NCBI GenBank assembly: GCA_005804965.1
Contig: SYOC01000311.1
Span: 1 to 60,249, forward strand
Source: Pseudomonadota bacterium
Lineage (GTDB): Bacteria; Desulfobacterota; Binatia; Bin18
Reading direction: 5' to 3'
DNA length: 60,249 nt
A program made the position numbers and the translations under genes. Positions 35,905 to 44,693 of this stretch are shown here, piece after piece (within the stretch, counting starts at the first letter, position 1; the number at the start of each line of letters is the position of its first letter). A model generated the notes under the pieces. That model was given only the letters and a program-made list of their open reading frames with translations, had not been told where the DNA came from and did no database searches.

Positions 35905-36809
35905 GAAACGAGGTCCCCGTTCTCTGCTAGTGGCTTCCGACACACGATCAGAGCGTTGTCGTGCCACGCCCACATGCGGTTCAGCGCAAAGTCCGCGCGA
36001 GCTGCCCAATCGAGGAATTCTTGCGGCAACGCCGTGTTCCTCTGATGGACATAGGCTTCCAACGCTGCCACGTCTCCACGCGAAGCCAGCCGTAGAGTGC
36101 GCAGCAGCTTGCGATACATCTGCCTCCCCAATTCCCGCAGGCCGGTTGCTGGCTCTTTTCGCCCTGGTTCAGCAGCAAGACTCAAACTCGGCGGCACAAC
36201 AGGTGCCGACGGTGGTGGTATCGCAAACGGTGCCTCGCGCCAGTTGGAAGCGATAACCGAGAGGCCGTAATGGGTGCACACCGATTCAATCAACTCGGGA
36301 TGATAAAAGCGCACGTGTTCAGGGTCGCGCCAGAAGCCGAACAGTTGCATACGAATGGATTCGGGGTTGGGAAACACCAGGACGAAAGTCCCGCCGGGTG
36401 CGAGCCGCTCGCCAATCGCTTCGATTAAACTCAGCACTTTCTCGAACGGCAAATGCTCGATGAAATGCGAACAAAAGACTCCGTCGTAGACATCAGACGA
36501 CTCGGCGAGGAAGGTGAAGACATCCGCCTCGACAACGCTCCCGCCGTGTTCGCGCACGAGGCGCACCGCCTCCGGGTTGCGCTCGACTCCCAGCGCGGGA
36601 ATGCCATTCTCGGCCAGCAATTCCAAGAACAGACCAGGACCACAGGCGAGGTCCAGCACCTGACGGCACCCGCGAAAATGCGCGACATACGGGAGCGACA
36701 ACTCCCGGTTCCAGCGACGATCTCGACATTGCCGCTCGTAATCCGCGTAGTCGAAAGGAGTTCTTAGTTTCTTGCTTGGATCTTTGTCTGCCATGTCTGC
36801 TATTCGCAT
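35901..36809 (-). CDS. Class I SAM-dependent methyltransferase
   Basis: Motif I is VLDLACGPGLFLELLAENG. The TTG at 36854 in the ORF track lies inside the predicted promoter, so ATG 36809 (or 36794) is the more likely start. Confidence 0.8.
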   Translation of the reverse strand: MRIADMADKDPSKKLRTPFDYADYERQCRDRRWNRELSLPYVAHFRGCRQVLDLACGPGLFLELLAENGIPALGVERNPEAVRLVREHGGSVVEADVFTFLAESSDVYDGVFCSHFIEHLPFEKVLSLIEAIGERLAPGGTFVLVFPNPESIRMQLFGFWRDPEHVRFYHPELIESVCTHYGLSVIASNWREAPFAIPPPSAPVVPPSLSLAAEPGRKEPATGLRELGRQMYRKLLRTLRLASRGDVAALEAYVHQRNTALPQEFLDWAARADFALNRMWAWHDNALIVCRKPLAENGDLVS

Positions 36810-36839
36810 TCGCTTCGCCGTAAGCGGAGATGCCGAGCG

Positions 36840-36868
36840 AATATAAAAGGGCAATGGTCAGTGGTCAA
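36840..36868 (-). promoter_or_regulatory. Sigma-70-like promoter for the methyltransferase/GT operon
   Basis: The minus strand reads TTGACC (36868-36863), a 17-nt spacer, then TATATT (36845-36840). It sits directly downstream of the defence islet. Confidence 0.5.
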
Positions 36869-36946
36869 CCAGCAGCAGTCAGCAGGGCCAATCATTGAGA
36901 AAAGGTGCAAGCAAGAATAGAGTAAGCCGTCTGTTGATAGCAGTGC

Positions 36947-37117
36947 TCAATCGTGTGCAGCTTCAGCGAGTACCTCGGTCGCCCATTGATTGAGGCTCTT
37001 GCCAGCAGCCTGCGCAGCAACTAAGGCCGCACCATGCACCTCTGGCGGCACACGCAACATGAACTTGCCGGATGCAGGCTTCTCAGGACGAATTCCTTGT
37101 TCCTTTTCCACTTTCAT
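36947..37117 (-). CDS. Ribbon-helix-helix protein of the short HicB/Arc-like antitoxin type (56 aa), with no adjacent toxin gene
   Basis: Below the 60-aa cut-off of the ORF track. My translation is MKVEKEQGIRPEKPASGKFMLRVPPEVHGAALVAAQAAGKSLNQWATEVLAEAAHD. The 'GKFxLRxPxxxHxxLxxxAxxxGxSLNQW' pattern is typical of short RHH antitoxins. Confidence 0.6.
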   Translation of the reverse strand: MKVEKEQGIRPEKPASGKFMLRVPPEVHGAALVAAQAAGKSLNQWATEVLAEAAHD

Positions 37118-37176
37118 AAAAATCTATTGCTTTACGCTTCATCCAATACCTTTTCAGCAGAAGATGCCCGATGGCG

Positions 37177-38229
37177 TCAGTCGGAGACGTCATCGGGAAG
37201 GTCTTCCTGATCAGCATCGACGAAATCACCGGTACGCTCAACTCGGAGCTTGTCATTGCCGACCTTGAACTCGACATGCCCGTCATCGCCTATCCGCACT
37301 GTCATCGGTGGCAACAGGTCAGAAGCATCGCTCAACAGTGCGGCAAGGGGTTGCCGAACGTATCGCTCCAGAAATACGCTCATCACTGGCCCGGCCTGAG
37401 CTTCGAGGTGCTGCCAAGCTGAGTCGCCAACGAATGTCTGGCCGCTGGCTTCGTCAAACGCCTTGACGAGTTCCGTGAGCTTAGGGTTGGGAGTCGGATC
37501 AAGGACGACCAACACCGGAGTGAAGCCCGACTCGACGCAGTCGATTGGAAATTGGAGTTCTTCCCCCCACCGACCCTGGCCCGACGCTGCGATGGTCACG
37601 CGCATCTTAAATTCGTAGGCCAACTTCTGCTTCACACAATCGACTTGGCGGCCCTTCCCTCGGTCGTGCTGCCGTTTCACTGGGCTTCTCTTCGCGCTCA
37701 CCGGCGTGCCGCCGATGGCGTTCGCTAGGATTGGCTCGAACAGGTATCCCGTCTCCTGAGCCGCTCGATTGTCCAAGTCGTAGAGCCACTTTCGCCAGTA
37801 CAGCATGCCCGCGAGCGCCGGAGATGGCATGCTACCGAATTGCAAGAGTCCGCGAGGGCCAACTTGATCGAAGGTGGGAAATGCCTGTCGCTGCAGGATC
37901 TGCTCATACTTCAGACGGCTCTTGTGCAGGGTTGCCAAGCACGAGAAGTATGTGTCCGAGTCAGGCTTGAGGGCGAACACCTTCGCGGCCAAGTCCTCGA
38001 AGGGGATCCCCGCCAATGCGAGAGAAGAGACCGGCCAAGTCTCAAAGAACGGAGGAACGTATTGAGGGATCTCGGGAATTTTGGAGACGAGGTTGAGGTC
38101 TTTGACGACGACACTGCAGAGATAAGCACAGACCTCAGAAGAGAGAGGTACGGCCATATCGCTGTTGCCCACGTTGCGTGCCTTCTCAATGAGCGTCTTC
38201 TGGGCGAGCGTTAGTTTGTACGTTGTCAT
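37177..38229 (-). CDS. Putative type II restriction endonuclease (PD-(D/E)xK candidate)
   Basis: ATGA overlap (38226-38229) with the upstream C5-MTase gene. GRQVDCVKQKLAYEFKMR supplies a D...ExK arrangement. No other family signature was recognised. Confidence 0.6.
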   Translation of the reverse strand: MTTYKLTLAQKTLIEKARNVGNSDMAVPLSSEVCAYLCSVVVKDLNLVSKIPEIPQYVPPFFETWPVSSLALAGIPFEDLAAKVFALKPDSDTYFSCLATLHKSRLKYEQILQRQAFPTFDQVGPRGLLQFGSMPSPALAGMLYWRKWLYDLDNRAAQETGYLFEPILANAIGGTPVSAKRSPVKRQHDRGKGRQVDCVKQKLAYEFKMRVTIAASGQGRWGEELQFPIDCVESGFTPVLVVLDPTPNPKLTELVKAFDEASGQTFVGDSAWQHLEAQAGPVMSVFLERYVRQPLAALLSDASDLLPPMTVRIGDDGHVEFKVGNDKLRVERTGDFVDADQEDLPDDVSD

Positions 38230-39482
38230 TGGTCCTGTCCTGCTTGCGCAGTCTTGGCATCCGCAAACAGAAGAAGCTGTTGGGATCGAGTAAGGGTGCG
38301 ATATCTGCTTTCGACGGCCTCAACGGCTTTCTGAAGCGCTGGACTCATGCCGGTTGAGTTCGTTGGTACGAAGCTCTTCAGGCCTGGGTCCGACCTCCGG
38401 TTTATCACCTCGCGGAACGCACGGGTCAGGTGAGCAGCGATTGCGTTTGCGAAACGAGGAGGCACGGCATTGCCGATGAGAAGCGCTCGTTGCGCCTGCG
38501 TACCAGCGAACTCAAAGTCGTCTGGAAAGGTTTGGAGCCGCGCACACTCGCGAAGAGTCAGGTTGCGATGTGCGGTCGGATGAACGAACTCGGAAGTCGC
38601 TCCGCTGGTGATCGCTTTCGAAGGCAGATTCGGTTCGAGCCGCCGAAGCCCGGAGGGTGCGCCACCTCTACGTTCTGTTGGGGTCCCGTCCATCACCCTC
38701 CTGAAGGCACGGCGTCGGTAGGTCTCATGCCAGAGTTCCTCCGGAATGTCCTTCATGATTTGGCCAACACCAAGTGCCTCGAAACGAAGGCGGTCCATCT
38801 CATTGGGCGGACGGGAGCAGTGATCCGAAACGGCGGCGGTTTCTGGATCGTCAGCCGCAGGTGGCAGGCCCGCGAGTGCCTGCATAACGCTGTCGCACCA
38901 TGGGAGGTTGCCCGCAACGAGGTCTGCCCCAGGAGCACCAGTGGCACGATGTGTCGCTTCAGGAAATCCGGGGTCCCAACCAAGACCGCCAATCGCCAAC
39001 ACCCGCTTGCGGTGTTGCGGAACACCGTAGTTGGCAGCATTCACTTTGCGAAGGTGAATGCAGTAGCCAGCTTTTACAAGCGGAGCAAGCAGGTCGGTCA
39101 CCCATCGACCACCCTCGCCAGTCAGGAAGCCTTCGACGTTCTCGAAAACGAAGGCCCTGGGTCGATGTCGCTCTACAAGGTAAGCGAAGACCGCCACAAG
39201 CGTGTTGCGAGCATCACCCGGCTTCCGCAAACCGGCCGACGAGAAGCCCTGACATGGAGGGCCGCCAATGATGATATCGGACGAAGGCAGCACGGTGTTC
39301 CAGTCGAGCTTTATCTCTTCGATGTGGCCTCCCATGTTCTTCTTGTACGTTTCCACCGCAGCCGGAAACGCATCGGCTGCCCAGACGAGATTGAAGCCCT
39401 GAGCGCGGAATCCCAATCCCATCCCGCCAGCACCACAGAAAAGGTCCACCACTGTCCGGCCTCGTCTTGCATCCATGTCCAA
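38226..39482 (-). CDS. dcm: DNA (cytosine-5)-methyltransferase
   Basis: All classical C5-MTase motifs are present: I DLFCGAGGMGLGF, IV GGPPCQGFS, VI FVFENV, VIII QHRKR, IX REC.RLQTFPD and X GNAVPP. Confidence 0.92.
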   Translation of the reverse strand: MDMDARRGRTVVDLFCGAGGMGLGFRAQGFNLVWAADAFPAAVETYKKNMGGHIEEIKLDWNTVLPSSDIIIGGPPCQGFSSAGLRKPGDARNTLVAVFAYLVERHRPRAFVFENVEGFLTGEGGRWVTDLLAPLVKAGYCIHLRKVNAANYGVPQHRKRVLAIGGLGWDPGFPEATHRATGAPGADLVAGNLPWCDSVMQALAGLPPAADDPETAAVSDHCSRPPNEMDRLRFEALGVGQIMKDIPEELWHETYRRRAFRRVMDGTPTERRGGAPSGLRRLEPNLPSKAITSGATSEFVHPTAHRNLTLRECARLQTFPDDFEFAGTQAQRALLIGNAVPPRFANAIAAHLTRAFREVINRRSDPGLKSFVPTNSTGMSPALQKAVEAVESRYRTLTRSQQLLLFADAKTAQAGQDQ

Positions 39483-39836
39483 TCGCTGCTCCTTCTCGTC
39501 TCCGCTTCACATCGCACGGGGTTTCCCACCCCAACCACGAAGTCGAGGCTATTGAATTGCGGACCTGCGATGGTCAACCCTACGAGTCGGTAGGGCTTGA
39601 TGTCAAGAGAGAAGTTTTACCACGGGCAAACGCGGAGAACTCGGGCATTCCAAGGCCAGGAGCAACAAAAGACAGACGAGGTGGGCTATATTTAGGAACA
39701 ACGTCTGAGTGGGAAGCTATGGAAACTCGCTCGAAATGGGCAAGGTTCAAGCCACTTCCAGCGACAGCCTTTCAAGTCTAGGAGATGAGACCAGAGAGGT
39801 CTTCAGCGTGGCCCGAGCAGAAGCGGCAGATCCTAG

Positions 39837-40268
39837 TTACGCAGCCTGTACCTCCACCACTAACCGATGCCCAAGGGCCTGCAACCCAGCTTCGATCTGA
39901 CCAATGTGGGAGCGATGATCCAAATCCAACAGTCGCTGGACTGCTCCCTCGCTGACCCCGAGGCGTCGCCCTAGCTCGATAGTGTTGAGGCCAGCCTCAC
40001 GCATCGCCTCATACAGCGATAGCTTAGCGGTGACGAGAGTCGGTAAGGGGATCATCACCTGCCCTGGTTTCGCTTTCGAGGGCTTGGGGATTGGCCAGTG
40101 CGCGTGTACGTATCCGCCTAGCGCTGCGATCAGCGCATCGACAGCCTCGCGCAACGCTTCCTCCCGAGTGGTGGCGTCAGTCCCAGCTTCGGGGACATCC
40201 GGAAACGTCACCAAATAAAAGCCGGCAGGATCAACTTTCACCGTGGCTGGATAGCGAAAGGGACTCAT
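39837..40268 (-). CDS. hicB: HicB-family antitoxin (HicB N-domain + C-terminal HTH)
   Basis: YPATVKVDPAGFYLVTFPDVPEAGTDATTREEALREAVDAL is a HicB fold. The C-terminus is LNTIELGRRLGVSEGAVQRLLD (XRE-like HTH). Its start lies 3 nt after the hicA stop codon. Confidence 0.85.
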   Translation of the reverse strand: MSPFRYPATVKVDPAGFYLVTFPDVPEAGTDATTREEALREAVDALIAALGGYVHAHWPIPKPSKAKPGQVMIPLPTLVTAKLSLYEAMREAGLNTIELGRRLGVSEGAVQRLLDLDHRSHIGQIEAGLQALGHRLVVEVQAA

Positions 40269-40271
40269 GTG

Positions 40272-40490
40272 CTACTCCTCGATATCGTTTCGACTTAAGC
40301 CCAGGTCGGCCAGCATCTTCTGCAATAGCCCGGGACCAATCTCTTTCTTCCGATCCTTCACAGTCGTAAAGCGACCACCATAATACAACCTTCCATGGCT
40401 GCCTTTCCCGTGACGCGCCTCAAATCGGATCGTGACATTCCGGGCTCCAGCTACGCTCCTCACCCGCCGAATGAATTCTGCTCCTGTCAC
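40272..40490 (-). CDS. hicA: HicA-family mRNA-interferase toxin
   Basis: 72 aa with a GTG start. ...RHGKGSHGRLYYGGRFTTVKD...IGPGLLQKMLADLGL is HicA/YcfA-like with the catalytic GSH. Confidence 0.8.
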   Translation of the reverse strand: MTGAEFIRRVRSVAGARNVTIRFEARHGKGSHGRLYYGGRFTTVKDRKKEIGPGLLQKMLADLGLSRNDIEE

Positions 40491-40593
40491 TCAGGTACGG
40501 TCACACACAAGGGTACGATTGGCAAGACCAGGTTAGAGCCGTCCATCAGGATTTTCTCACGACAGGCTCTGCTACTGCTGCGGCGGAATCAAA

Positions 40594-41391
40594 TTACAGA
40601 TAATCCGCGAAAAATCCCCGGCAACGGCGAAACACTCGGTCGCCTGCCCACAGGAAAATGCCGGTCACCACGATAGAGTACCCCAGTTCCAGCGATACGG
40701 CAAAATTATGCGAAAGAATCAGAGATCGGTAGAGCGCCAGAATCGGTGATATCGGGTTCCAGCGCAGAATCGGCTGGAGCGTCTCCGGTAGCAACGAGAG
40801 AGGATACATCACTGGCGAGAGGAAAAGCCAGATGCTGAAACCCGCCGCCGTCAACTGACCAACGTCGCGAAAGAACACGTTGCAACACGCCAGCATCATG
40901 CCAATGCCAACAGCCAGGGCAATATGCAGCGTGATGGGTACGATCAACAGCGCGATACTCAGGATCGAGATCGACCCCTTCCAGAGCATCAACCCCACGA
41001 GAAACAAAAAGAACCCGGCCCCGTGTATGACGAAGCTCGACAGGATGACGGAGAACACCAGCAGCTCTGAAGGAAATTGCAGCTTCTTGACCATATTAGC
41101 GTTTTCGACGATGGCACTAACCGCCCGCTGGCACGCCTCCTGAAACGCCATCCACGGCCATAGTCCGCAGAACACAAACTCGGTAAACCCAAATCCACTT
41201 TCCACCTTTTGCACGCGATAAATGTAGGTGAACACTAATGTGTACAGGCTCAACGTAATGGCCGGGTTAATCAGCGTCCACAATCCACCCAGGCTCGATC
41301 CGGCAAAACGTGCGCCGATCTCCCGGCGCACCATTGTGCCCAGCAAATGACGCTGCGACAGAAGTAGTGCGGCTCGTCCCATATACGGCAT
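40594..41391 (-). CDS. wzm: ABC-2 type polysaccharide export permease (Wzm/KpsM/TagG family)
   Basis: LLGTMVRREIGARFAGSSLGGLWTLINP is the typical ABC-2 N-terminal motif, followed by six TM helices. The start is trimmed to ATG 41391, after the carbamoyltransferase stop. Confidence 0.85.
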   Translation of the reverse strand: MPYMGRAALLLSQRHLLGTMVRREIGARFAGSSLGGLWTLINPAITLSLYTLVFTYIYRVQKVESGFGFTEFVFCGLWPWMAFQEACQRAVSAIVENANMVKKLQFPSELLVFSVILSSFVIHGAGFFLFLVGLMLWKGSISILSIALLIVPITLHIALAVGIGMMLACCNVFFRDVGQLTAAGFSIWLFLSPVMYPLSLLPETLQPILRWNPISPILALYRSLILSHNFAVSLELGYSIVVTGIFLWAGDRVFRRCRGFFADYL

Positions 41392-41408
41392 TGGCAGGGG
41401 CACACTGC

Positions 41409-43097
41409 TCAGCGGCGCACCACAAAGTCGCCGAGAATCAACTCGTCCATCTCGGTCGTACAAAACATGGTGATCGCATCCAGAGGAGTATGCACAATCG
41501 GCTGACCTTTGAGATTGAAGGACGTATTCAACACGCCGTAGACTCCGGTGCGTTTGCCGAACTCGGAGATCAGCGCGTGATACAAGGCGTTCGCCTCTGC
41601 CGTCACCGTCTGCGCTCGTGCCGTACCATCGACATGCACCGACGCTGCAAGCGCCCGCTGTCCTTCTGGCGTCGTGCGCAACGCTTTGGTCATGAAGGGT
41701 GCGTCAGGAGCATCGACAAAATATCGCGCCCGCTGCTCTGCCAAGACTGAAGGGCCGAACGGACGCCACGGCTCTCGATGTTTCACTTTGTTATTCACCA
41801 AGTCTTTCATGTCCAGCAATGAAGGATGGGAAGGATGGGCAAGAATGGAACGGTTCCCCAGCGCACGCGGACCCATCTCCATGCGTCCTTGGAACCAGCC
41901 GAGGATTTTCCCCTCTGCCAACCGCTCTGCCCCGTAGCTCGCGACATCCGCGCACGGTGCGTAGCGCACTCCAGCCTGCTCCAAGGCTGCACGAATCGCG
42001 TCGTTGCTATATTGCGGCCCCCAATAGGCGTGCGCGAGCGGACGCGGGCGCTTGCCGGTGAGTCGGGCATAGAGCAAATACGCAGCACCGATGGCGCAGC
42101 CAGGATCATTCGAGACTGGCGGGACGTAGAGACGATCCACATCTGGATGCGTGAGCAACTCGCCATTCATCTTGGCGTTGAGCGCGACGCCACCAGCCAG
42201 ACAGAAGTCACGCCAACCGGTTTCCTGAGCTAACAAGGTAAACAGGTGAGCGCCAATCCGTTCGGTCTGAGCCTGCAACGAAGCAGCGATATGCTCGTCG
42301 ATGTCGTTGAAAGGATGCGCACGATACGGTCGCGGCTCGCCGAAGAAGCGCGTCAGTCCGTTAGGAATATGCGACAGCCACCCGACGGTCGCCCGCGACC
42401 AGTAACATTCAGGCCGCGTCACAAAGCCCTCTGCCGTAGGTGTCACCATCTCGGCAAACGCCTCAGCAAAGCGATCCTCACCATAGGAGGCAAAACCCAT
42501 AACCGAGCCTTCACCATCAAGAGGCGCGAAGCCGAGGAACTGAGTCACCGCCGAGTAGAGCATGCCTAATGAATGCGGCATAGGAATCTCGCGTAGGCGA
42601 GTGAGCGACGCACCTTCACCTTTAGCCAGCACGGCGGTCACGGTCTCGCCGCGTGCGTCCAGCGACACGACATTGGCTTGTGCAAACGGCGAGAGAAAAA
42701 ATGCCGCTGCCAGATGGCAATCGTGATGGTCTATGACTGCGAGCTTTACGCCGACGGCTGCCGCGTAGGCTTCGACGTAGGTTTTGATGAGCTGCAAGTT
42801 CTGCATGTACCCAAAGAGGTCACGCGGTTGCTGGCGGAAACCAGAATAAAACGGTTCCACGCGCCAATCGTAGAGCAAACTGCGATCAACGTCGTAGTAA
42901 AATGCCAAGTAATCGACATCACGAAAATCGAGGTCAGCCTGGTCCAGACACCAACGAATGGCATGATGGGGAAACTGACCGTGGGCATGCTTCTGCCGCA
43001 GCAAGCGTTCTTCTTCAACAAACGCGACCAGCTCCCCGTCGCGTACAAGCGCTGCCGCCGCATCATGAAACAAACCAGCGATGCCGAGAATAATCAT
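41409..43097 (-). CDS. Carbamoyltransferase (NodU/CmcH family)
   Basis: MIILGIAGLFHDAAAALVRDGELVAFVEEERLLRQKH..., the C-terminal ...VLNTSFNLKGQPIV and a length of 562 aa are all typical of the family. Confidence 0.88.
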   Translation of the reverse strand: MIILGIAGLFHDAAAALVRDGELVAFVEEERLLRQKHAHGQFPHHAIRWCLDQADLDFRDVDYLAFYYDVDRSLLYDWRVEPFYSGFRQQPRDLFGYMQNLQLIKTYVEAYAAAVGVKLAVIDHHDCHLAAAFFLSPFAQANVVSLDARGETVTAVLAKGEGASLTRLREIPMPHSLGMLYSAVTQFLGFAPLDGEGSVMGFASYGEDRFAEAFAEMVTPTAEGFVTRPECYWSRATVGWLSHIPNGLTRFFGEPRPYRAHPFNDIDEHIAASLQAQTERIGAHLFTLLAQETGWRDFCLAGGVALNAKMNGELLTHPDVDRLYVPPVSNDPGCAIGAAYLLYARLTGKRPRPLAHAYWGPQYSNDAIRAALEQAGVRYAPCADVASYGAERLAEGKILGWFQGRMEMGPRALGNRSILAHPSHPSLLDMKDLVNNKVKHREPWRPFGPSVLAEQRARYFVDAPDAPFMTKALRTTPEGQRALAASVHVDGTARAQTVTAEANALYHALISEFGKRTGVYGVLNTSFNLKGQPIVHTPLDAITMFCTTEMDELILGDFVVRR

Positions 43098-43363
43098 GCC
43101 AGTCGTCCGGTGGCTTCAGGAGGAAACGCTTGCGCTCGCGCCAATTCTTCTTGCATACGAGCGACGATCTTCCCCTGCTCGACAAATGCCCCGTCGCGCA
43201 GCAAGGCAAAAAACAGGGTGGCGGCCTGAAACACTTCTTCTTCCGTGATGGTCATATGAAATTGGTGCGCCAAAGTATCGAGCGTGGCTTGCCGCTGCGT
43301 CTCGCTCCATGTTGCGGGTACGGCAGGCATGCGTGTCTCTTGCGTATCTCCAGGCACTGACAT
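43094..43363 (-). CDS. Small hypothetical protein (89 aa)
   Basis: It has an ATGA overlap with the carbamoyltransferase start (43094-43097), and GGGGAAG lies upstream of ATG 43363. No family recognised. Confidence 0.45.
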   Translation of the reverse strand: MSVPGDTQETRMPAVPATWSETQRQATLDTLAHQFHMTITEEEVFQAATLFFALLRDGAFVEQGKIVARMQEELARAQAFPPEATGRLA

Positions 43364-43376
43364 GGTTGTTCTTCCC

Positions 43377-44600
43377 CTATTCTACGATCCAGCGATGTGG
43401 CATGCGACAGATGCCAAGCTCCCGCGAGTCTCCCCGCACGAGAAAATCTTTCTCAATGGTGTCAAACATGCGCAATCCCGGTGGATCAAGGACGTGAATG
43501 CGAAAGGTGTAGCTGCCAGGAAGCAAACTCAAATCGAGCATTTCGTAGGTGATCGCAAACAAGCGATTGCCAACATGGCGGGGCGTGACGCGATCAATGT
43601 CGCTGAAGATACCATAGATGGCGGTCTTGTCGTTTCTAATCATGCCAATGGCAATGACTGGTGCGAGTCCGTCACCGGTCTCGGCCTCCACGTGAATGCG
43701 AATCGTGTCGCCCATATGGAACACCGAGGCTTCGTCACCCGTGCTCGCGCACACCCGCACGGTTCGCAAACGACTGGAGGCCGCAGACTCTTCCCCACCG
43801 TCAGCCGCCAAGGGCGCGGACCGGGCCGCAGCACGCTCGGCCTCAGTGAGTTGCTGAGCGCGAGCTTCGCGTTCACGAATGAAATCTTCATACGAGTTAG
43901 CAATCTCTGCAGCTTCGCCAGCCGCACGGACACGGCCATGTTCCAGCCAAACCGCCTTCTGACAGAGCTTGCGGACATGATACATGCTGTGGGAACAGAA
44001 CAGCATGCTCTTACCTTGCTCCAGAAAGCCTTCCATGCGACGAATACATTTCTTCTGAAAGGCTTCGTCGCCAACGGCCAACACCTCGTCGGTGATGAGC
44101 ACCTCAGGGTTGATCGAGGTCGCAACGGAAAATCCCAGGCGCGTGAACATCCCTGACGAATATGTTTTGACAGGGCGATCAATGAACTCGCCTAGCCCGG
44201 AGAAGTTGAGGATCTCCGGCAGTAAGGCGTCGACTTCGGGCTTGGCCAAGCCCATCATCGCCGCAGAGAAATAGATATTCTCGCGCCCGGTGTATTCGGG
44301 ATGAAACCCCATGCCTAATTCGAGCAACGCGCCAACCCGGCCCTGCACCTCGACTTGTCCTTGGCTCGGGCGTGTCACCCCGGTAATGAGTTTCAGCAAC
44401 GTAGACTTCCCTGCTCCGTTCTCACCGATGATGCCCCACGATTCTCCTGGCTCGACCGAGAAGCTCACACCTTGCAAAGCCCAGAAGTCACGATGCCGAC
44501 TTCTTTGCGAGAACGAGCACCACTCCCACAGTCGGTCCAACGGATGACTATAGAGTTTGTAGCATTTGCCAAGGTCGCGAACTTGGATAACCGATGTCAT
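43377..44600 (-). CDS. wzt: Polysaccharide ABC exporter ATPase (Wzt/TagH-like) with a C-terminal beta-rich, carbohydrate-binding-like domain
   Basis: Walker A is GENGAGKST, the signature is YSSGM and Walker B is LITDE. A ~120-aa C-terminal extension (VRVCASTGDEASVFHMGDTIRIHVEAE...GSYTFRIHVLD) resembles the Wzt C-domain. The start is trimmed to ATG 44600. Confidence 0.85.
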   Translation of the reverse strand: MTSVIQVRDLGKCYKLYSHPLDRLWEWCSFSQRSRHRDFWALQGVSFSVEPGESWGIIGENGAGKSTLLKLITGVTRPSQGQVEVQGRVGALLELGMGFHPEYTGRENIYFSAAMMGLAKPEVDALLPEILNFSGLGEFIDRPVKTYSSGMFTRLGFSVATSINPEVLITDEVLAVGDEAFQKKCIRRMEGFLEQGKSMLFCSHSMYHVRKLCQKAVWLEHGRVRAAGEAAEIANSYEDFIREREARAQQLTEAERAAARSAPLAADGGEESAASSRLRTVRVCASTGDEASVFHMGDTIRIHVEAETGDGLAPVIAIGMIRNDKTAIYGIFSDIDRVTPRHVGNRLFAITYEMLDLSLLPGSYTFRIHVLDPPGLRMFDTIEKDFLVRGDSRELGICRMPHRWIVE

Positions 44601-44693
44601 AGGCCAACTATGCAGAGCCGCCCGAGCTAGGCGTCTCTGCCAAAATCCAGAAGAATTGCACACATTTCAGGCGGGACGCTCCAGAGCCTTGGG

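Noticed and set aside
38430-39593. A 387-aa plus-strand ORF.
   Set aside because: It is antisense to the cytosine-5 methyltransferase gene, which carries all ten canonical motifs.
39483-39836. The 354-bp gap between the MTase and hicB, searched for a C-protein, Vsr, integrase fragment or att repeat.
   Set aside because: It holds only short, motif-less ORFs (39467..39781, 39709..39900) and one weak hairpin (ccctac-gagtcg-gtaggg, 39579-39596) without a U-tract. Nothing there is supportable.
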